From Neoechinorhynchus agilis (Eukaryota > Animalia > Acanthocephala): 64,000 nucleotides of DNA. Shown here one piece after another: positions 59,780 to 64,000 of this stretch (positions are counted from its first letter, which is position 1; the number at the start of each line of letters is the position of its first letter). The stretch spans positions 2,636,389 through 2,700,388 of the forward strand of contig CM121343.1 of assembly GCA_051530055.1 (NCBI GenBank). The letters run 5' to 3'. The notes under the pieces were generated by a model. That model made no database searches, was not told where the DNA came from, and saw only the letters and a list, made by a program, of their open reading frames with translations. A program made the position numbers and the translations under genes.

Positions 59780-61718
59780 TCAAAGCAGAATTATAAGGAA
59801 AATTTTGTACAATATATTGAGAAGCCAGGAGGAATAAAGTAGGAGAGAGCGGCGATCCCTGTGGGACACCATTAAGAGGGTAATATAAGGTTTTTCCAGC
59901 ATCATCGTCGTAATAAAAAGCCTTTGAAAAAGTGTATTATGAATCCTGGCAATAAGATTATGAGGAACACTGAAAAATTCTAACATCTCGACAATGAAGC
60001 TCAAGGAGATGTTTTCAAAGGCTTGAGATAGGTCCACTGCTAGAATAGCACGAAGAGGGTAAACATCGTCGCCGAAGTTCGAGTAAATGTCAGCCAGCGC
60101 TGAGTGAATAGATTTACCTTTAGAAAAGCCATGGCAATTAAGGGAAATGCAGTTGTGTTCCCTGATAAATAGATTTAGTTTATGCGCTTCGGCCGAAGGT
60201 TGTTGGGAGCCTTAACTAACTTTCTCCCATTTTTGACCAAGAATGTGCGCCTCGAAATGTTGATATCTCTCCGGGCATGAGGGGAGCACTTCAACATCAG
60301 ACTCGCTATAAGGTGGACACAACCCCGAGAAAGCAGAGAGATGCATTTGGTCCCTGTGGTGCTGTTGGATGAGGGCAATTTTGGATTTAGGGACCCAACT
60401 TTGGCAATATCAGATTGATTTAAATCAGATCGATTAGGAATTAGTCTCCTAAAAATGACTGGCGGTGTGATGCCTTTAGAGCAAGATGAGGCATGAAAGT
60501 CAAAGATAGACGAGAGAATATGATCCATAGAGGATGTTTTTAACCAGGAGGTGAGCTTCGATCTCCAACTGATAAACTTCTTCCTAGAAACTGTATTCCA
60601 CCACATCGAGGAGAATGGTTGTAAAGACTTTAGGATAGCGCGGTCGGATGCCAATTGTTGTCGACATCGGGCAGCCCAAGAATGTCTAGAGAGCACTTTG
60701 ACAAGAAGAGCATCTCCATGAATTTTGACTTGATATAATTGACGCCCAATAAATCGAAAAGATCTGCTTTCATAAGGCCTAGGAAAAACCCTTTGTGGCT
60801 GGTAGAGAAACATATAAGCTGTGGTATTGATAATACTGTTAATATGAGAGAGGGCATAATTTAGATTGTTGTCTAAAACAGAGCGATGAGAGAGAAGTGA
60901 GTAATTAACCGATCTGAACAGAGCGATGTTCAGAGGAGACAAGTGAAGGACTCTCCTAAGTGTATTGTTGGAGCCGATGGACTATATTAAGACATCATGG
61001 CCCGTTAGGTGGAAGAGAGACAGTTGTCGCTCTACTTGAACTAGCAGGTTGACGCATTTTCTGTGAATGATAAGGTCTAAGAAGGAATGGGCATTTTTCG
61101 TTACAATATGAAACGATGGAGTGAGAGAAGCGGAGAGTTCGTATTGAGGTTTAACAGAGTTAACTGTGGCTTTGGACCATTTCATTGAGGGATCGTTAAA
61201 ATCGCCAGCAATGAAGTCGATATTGGAGCGGAGAAGGCATTTAACGATATTCTTAACGGCCGGACGATGAATAAAGCTGGGTCGTATGTACAGATTGACA
61301 ATAGTGAAAGGCCGGCGATTAAAGAACAATTTGAAGATAGAGTAGGATAGCTCATTCGACATGAACGTAGATATTAAAGATGGATTAAGAGAAGATTTGA
61401 AGACAGAAATTAGTCCTTGGGACGATTTTCCAAATGGATCAGAAATAAAGGAAATGTATTCAAGAGAATCAAGCTGAGGTAGAACATTAAAAAGTTGAGT
61501 GGTATTATATATGCTCTTGCTTTCTTGTAAAAGTAAGATGGAAGCCTCCGATATGAGACTATTAATTTTTGGAAGATTGGTCGCCCCCCACATTTCCACT
61601 GCAACAGGCACAAGTTCTCCACCATTACCTGGGCTTTTTGGATTTTCTGCGGAGGTTGATTTTCAGAAAGTTCGTTAGTGGAGTACAAGCCGCGCGCCAA
61701 GTTTCGATCGATGCGCAA
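59780..61718 (-). mobile_element. Decayed LINE with APE endonuclease and partial reverse transcriptase
   Basis: LLQWKCGG (frameshift in a G run) ..LLLQES..IVNLYIRP..IAGDFND..PSFH..LDLII (APE); AILAVDLSQAF and NGVPQGSPLSPTLF (RT); 3' part missing. Confidence 0.88.
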
Positions 61719-61747
61719 TTAAAATATGTACATATCGATCGGCGCCA

Positions 61748-62290
61748 TTAGTATATAAGGGACTGTGTGTTCGTGATTGGTGGTCGAATAAAAAACCGGT
61801 AGCTCAAGAGAAATTGTTGAATCGATAACGAATTCTTGTAACGGTCACTACTGATCTCCACTCGCCGTTTGAAAGTCCCGATGAACCTCTCTACCAATCC
61901 GTTCGTTTGCGGATGGTATGGAGATGCGCAAATGTGCTTGATACCATTCGCTGTACAGAATTGTCCGAATTGAGCCGATTGAAAAGGTGGTCCGTTATCG
62001 GATGTGATTTCGGCTGGAACTCGAAATCGTGCAAAAACTGTTCTTAATTTGCTGATCGTTTCGAACGCTGATATTGAACTTATCGGAATGATCTCTGGCC
62101 AATGACTATAGGCATCTATAAGCACGCAATAAGGTGTCCAACGATTGGTCCTGCGAAATCTAAGTCAAGTATTTCCTCGAGTTCATGTTGACAGGCAGCA
62201 AAACGTGCCGCAACGAAATGCGCTGACCGCGCGTTGCAACTTTGGACCATCCGACAATAATACCTTCAGTCTGCCATCACCGCCTGTCTG
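61748..62290 (-). pseudogene. Ty3/Gypsy integrase core fragment
   Basis: LDFAGP (frameshift) LIDAYSHWPEI..FARFRVPAEITSDNGPPF..GIKH..SPYHPQTNGLVERF. Confidence 0.88.
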
Positions 62291-62522
62291 CATAGAAACG
62301 TAGTGGTCCCGTACCCTGCCTGTGGCTTCACCAGAAAAACATTGAAATTCACTTGGTGGTCTATATTTGATTAAGTCGTGAGTAATCAACAGGAAGGGCG
62401 AGTGGCAACAGTCAGCCAAATCGGTTAAGGCAATGTAAAAATCGACATATGACAGGACGGCCATTCGACTCCGTATTTCTTAATTAGGAAGGATGGCAGA
62501 AAGATAAATGTGAGCAAGGTAT

Positions 62523-63098
62523 GATCGTGTGACAAAGAAAAAGAAAATATTCGATGATGTGTGACGACGTTGATGCTCACAGATTTGTTTGCAATTGTTT
62601 ACGACGTTAGATCTTATGATGGCGTTGATCGTGTGACAAAGAAAATATTCGATGATGTGTGACGACGTTGATGCTTACAGATTTGTTTGCAACTGTTTAC
62701 GACGTTAGATCTTATGACGGCGTTGATCGTGTGACAAAGAAAATATTCGATGATGATTGACGACGTTGATGCTCACAGATTTGTTTGCAATTGTTTACGA
62801 CGTTAGATCTTATGACGGCGTTGATGGTATGACAAAGAAAATATTCGATGATGTGTGACGACGTTGATGCTCACAGATTTGTTTGCAATTGTTTACGACG
62901 TTAGATCTTATGACGGCGTTGATCGTGTGACAAAGAAAATATTCGATGATGTGTGACGACGTTGATGCTCACAGATTTGTTTGCAATTGTTTACGACGTT
63001 AGATCTTATGACGGCGTTGATGGTATGACAAAGAAAATATTCGATGATGTGTGACGACGTTGATGCTCACAGATTTGTTTGCTATTGTTTACGACGTT
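62523..63098. repeat. Minisatellite, about 5.9 copies of a 98-bp unit
   Basis: Unit starts at 62523, 62627, 62725, 62823, 62921, 63019. Confidence 0.97.
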
Positions 63099-64000
63099 TT
63101 TATAGAATCCTAAATTATTGAATATCGCATGTATTTCTACATATGCTAAATCACATTCGGGGCTTTGAACGAGGTTCTTGATAATATGAGAAAATCCTGC
63201 AAAAAAATGTACAAAGATTCTCGTCTCTTACTAAGGTTCGATCAGCTCTTAAGTGTGTATATCCGCACGGCAATATCTCCAATATAATAAAAGTCAGGGT
63301 AGAACGGAATGATTTGGACCGAATCAGTTCGTGTAGCTGATAGGTTTTCAATGCCCGTCTCTAAGATAGAAGAAAATGAAAAATCAGGGACTCCTTTTTC
63401 AGTGAGTTTTTGTTTGATCTTGTCACCTTCGGACTTAATATCGCGCTGTTCTGTATTTTGCGTGGTCATGTTTGTTGTGTTGATTGTTTGGTAGTCTTCA
63501 GTTTTTCACTTGAGGCTATCAAAACGCGCCGTGTGCGCAAAGATTCTTGTCTCGTACTAAGGTTCGATCAGCTCTTAAAAGTGTGTACATCCGCACGGCA
63601 GGACTTTGCAGCCAAACTTTGTTTCAAAAGCTTTCTTATCGACCTCTTCGATATCTGGAGATAGCCCAGACCCTAGAAATGTTGAACCGCAAGAATTGTA
63701 CGTAAAGGTAACATTGGGACTTTTAATCGATTCCAAATAGCATTGGTATTGATGTTTATAGATATCATTGGATAGGTATACCTTCAATTTGCCTGCACAA
63801 TATGTGACTTTCATGATTCTCTAACAGTCATCGTTGAAAGAACGAAACCATGGAACGAAATACATTTTATATAGTATATCCCGTGATTGAATCGGGTTGG
63901 AGACAATCGAGATGGAGTGTGGTCATTTTTGTAATGGAGGGGATAAGTGGATTGGATCCGTTGGACTTTCAACTGATTTTGTTTCAAGAATTTTGGGTTT

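Noticed and set aside
29837-63098. CRISPR-like reading of the tandem arrays
   Set aside because: Units are repeated in full with no unique spacers, no cas genes, and the DNA is eukaryotic.

Overview
Eukaryotic, AT-rich window from an animal with a compact genome and fast-evolving proteins. It uses the standard genetic code and most GT-AG introns are about 40-60 nt; the species cannot be determined from sequence alone. Bases 1-47.4 kb are gene-dense: LYST-type BEACH protein, C2-PDZ (RGS3-N-terminus-like) protein, myotubularin, RING protein, SLC20 phosphate transporter, casein kinase 1, STRAP, frizzled, CCT4, BTB protein and several unknowns. From about 47.6 kb the window is satellites plus decayed LINE, RTE, Gypsy and SINE fragments. 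Main result: at least six (probably seven or eight) reading-frame breaks in otherwise intact genes (myotubularin x2, SLC20 x2, CK1, frizzled, probably the RING gene) are not explained well by GT-AG splicing. Each is a unique 49-899 nt insert bounded by a TA direct repeat with imperfect terminal inverted repeats, and removing it to leave one TA restores the conserved protein motif exactly, including the myotubularin catalytic C(X)5R loop. This suggests either a class of hairpin-guided non-canonical introns or ciliate-IES-like DNA excision in an animal; no RNA data are available here to decide. Second result: a tRNA-derived SINE (2 copies) carries a hammerhead ribozyme whose three strands are in a non-circularly permuted order. 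Penelope-type minimal hammerheads, TA-flanked MITEs and a satellite grown inside a pogo-like MITE are also present.
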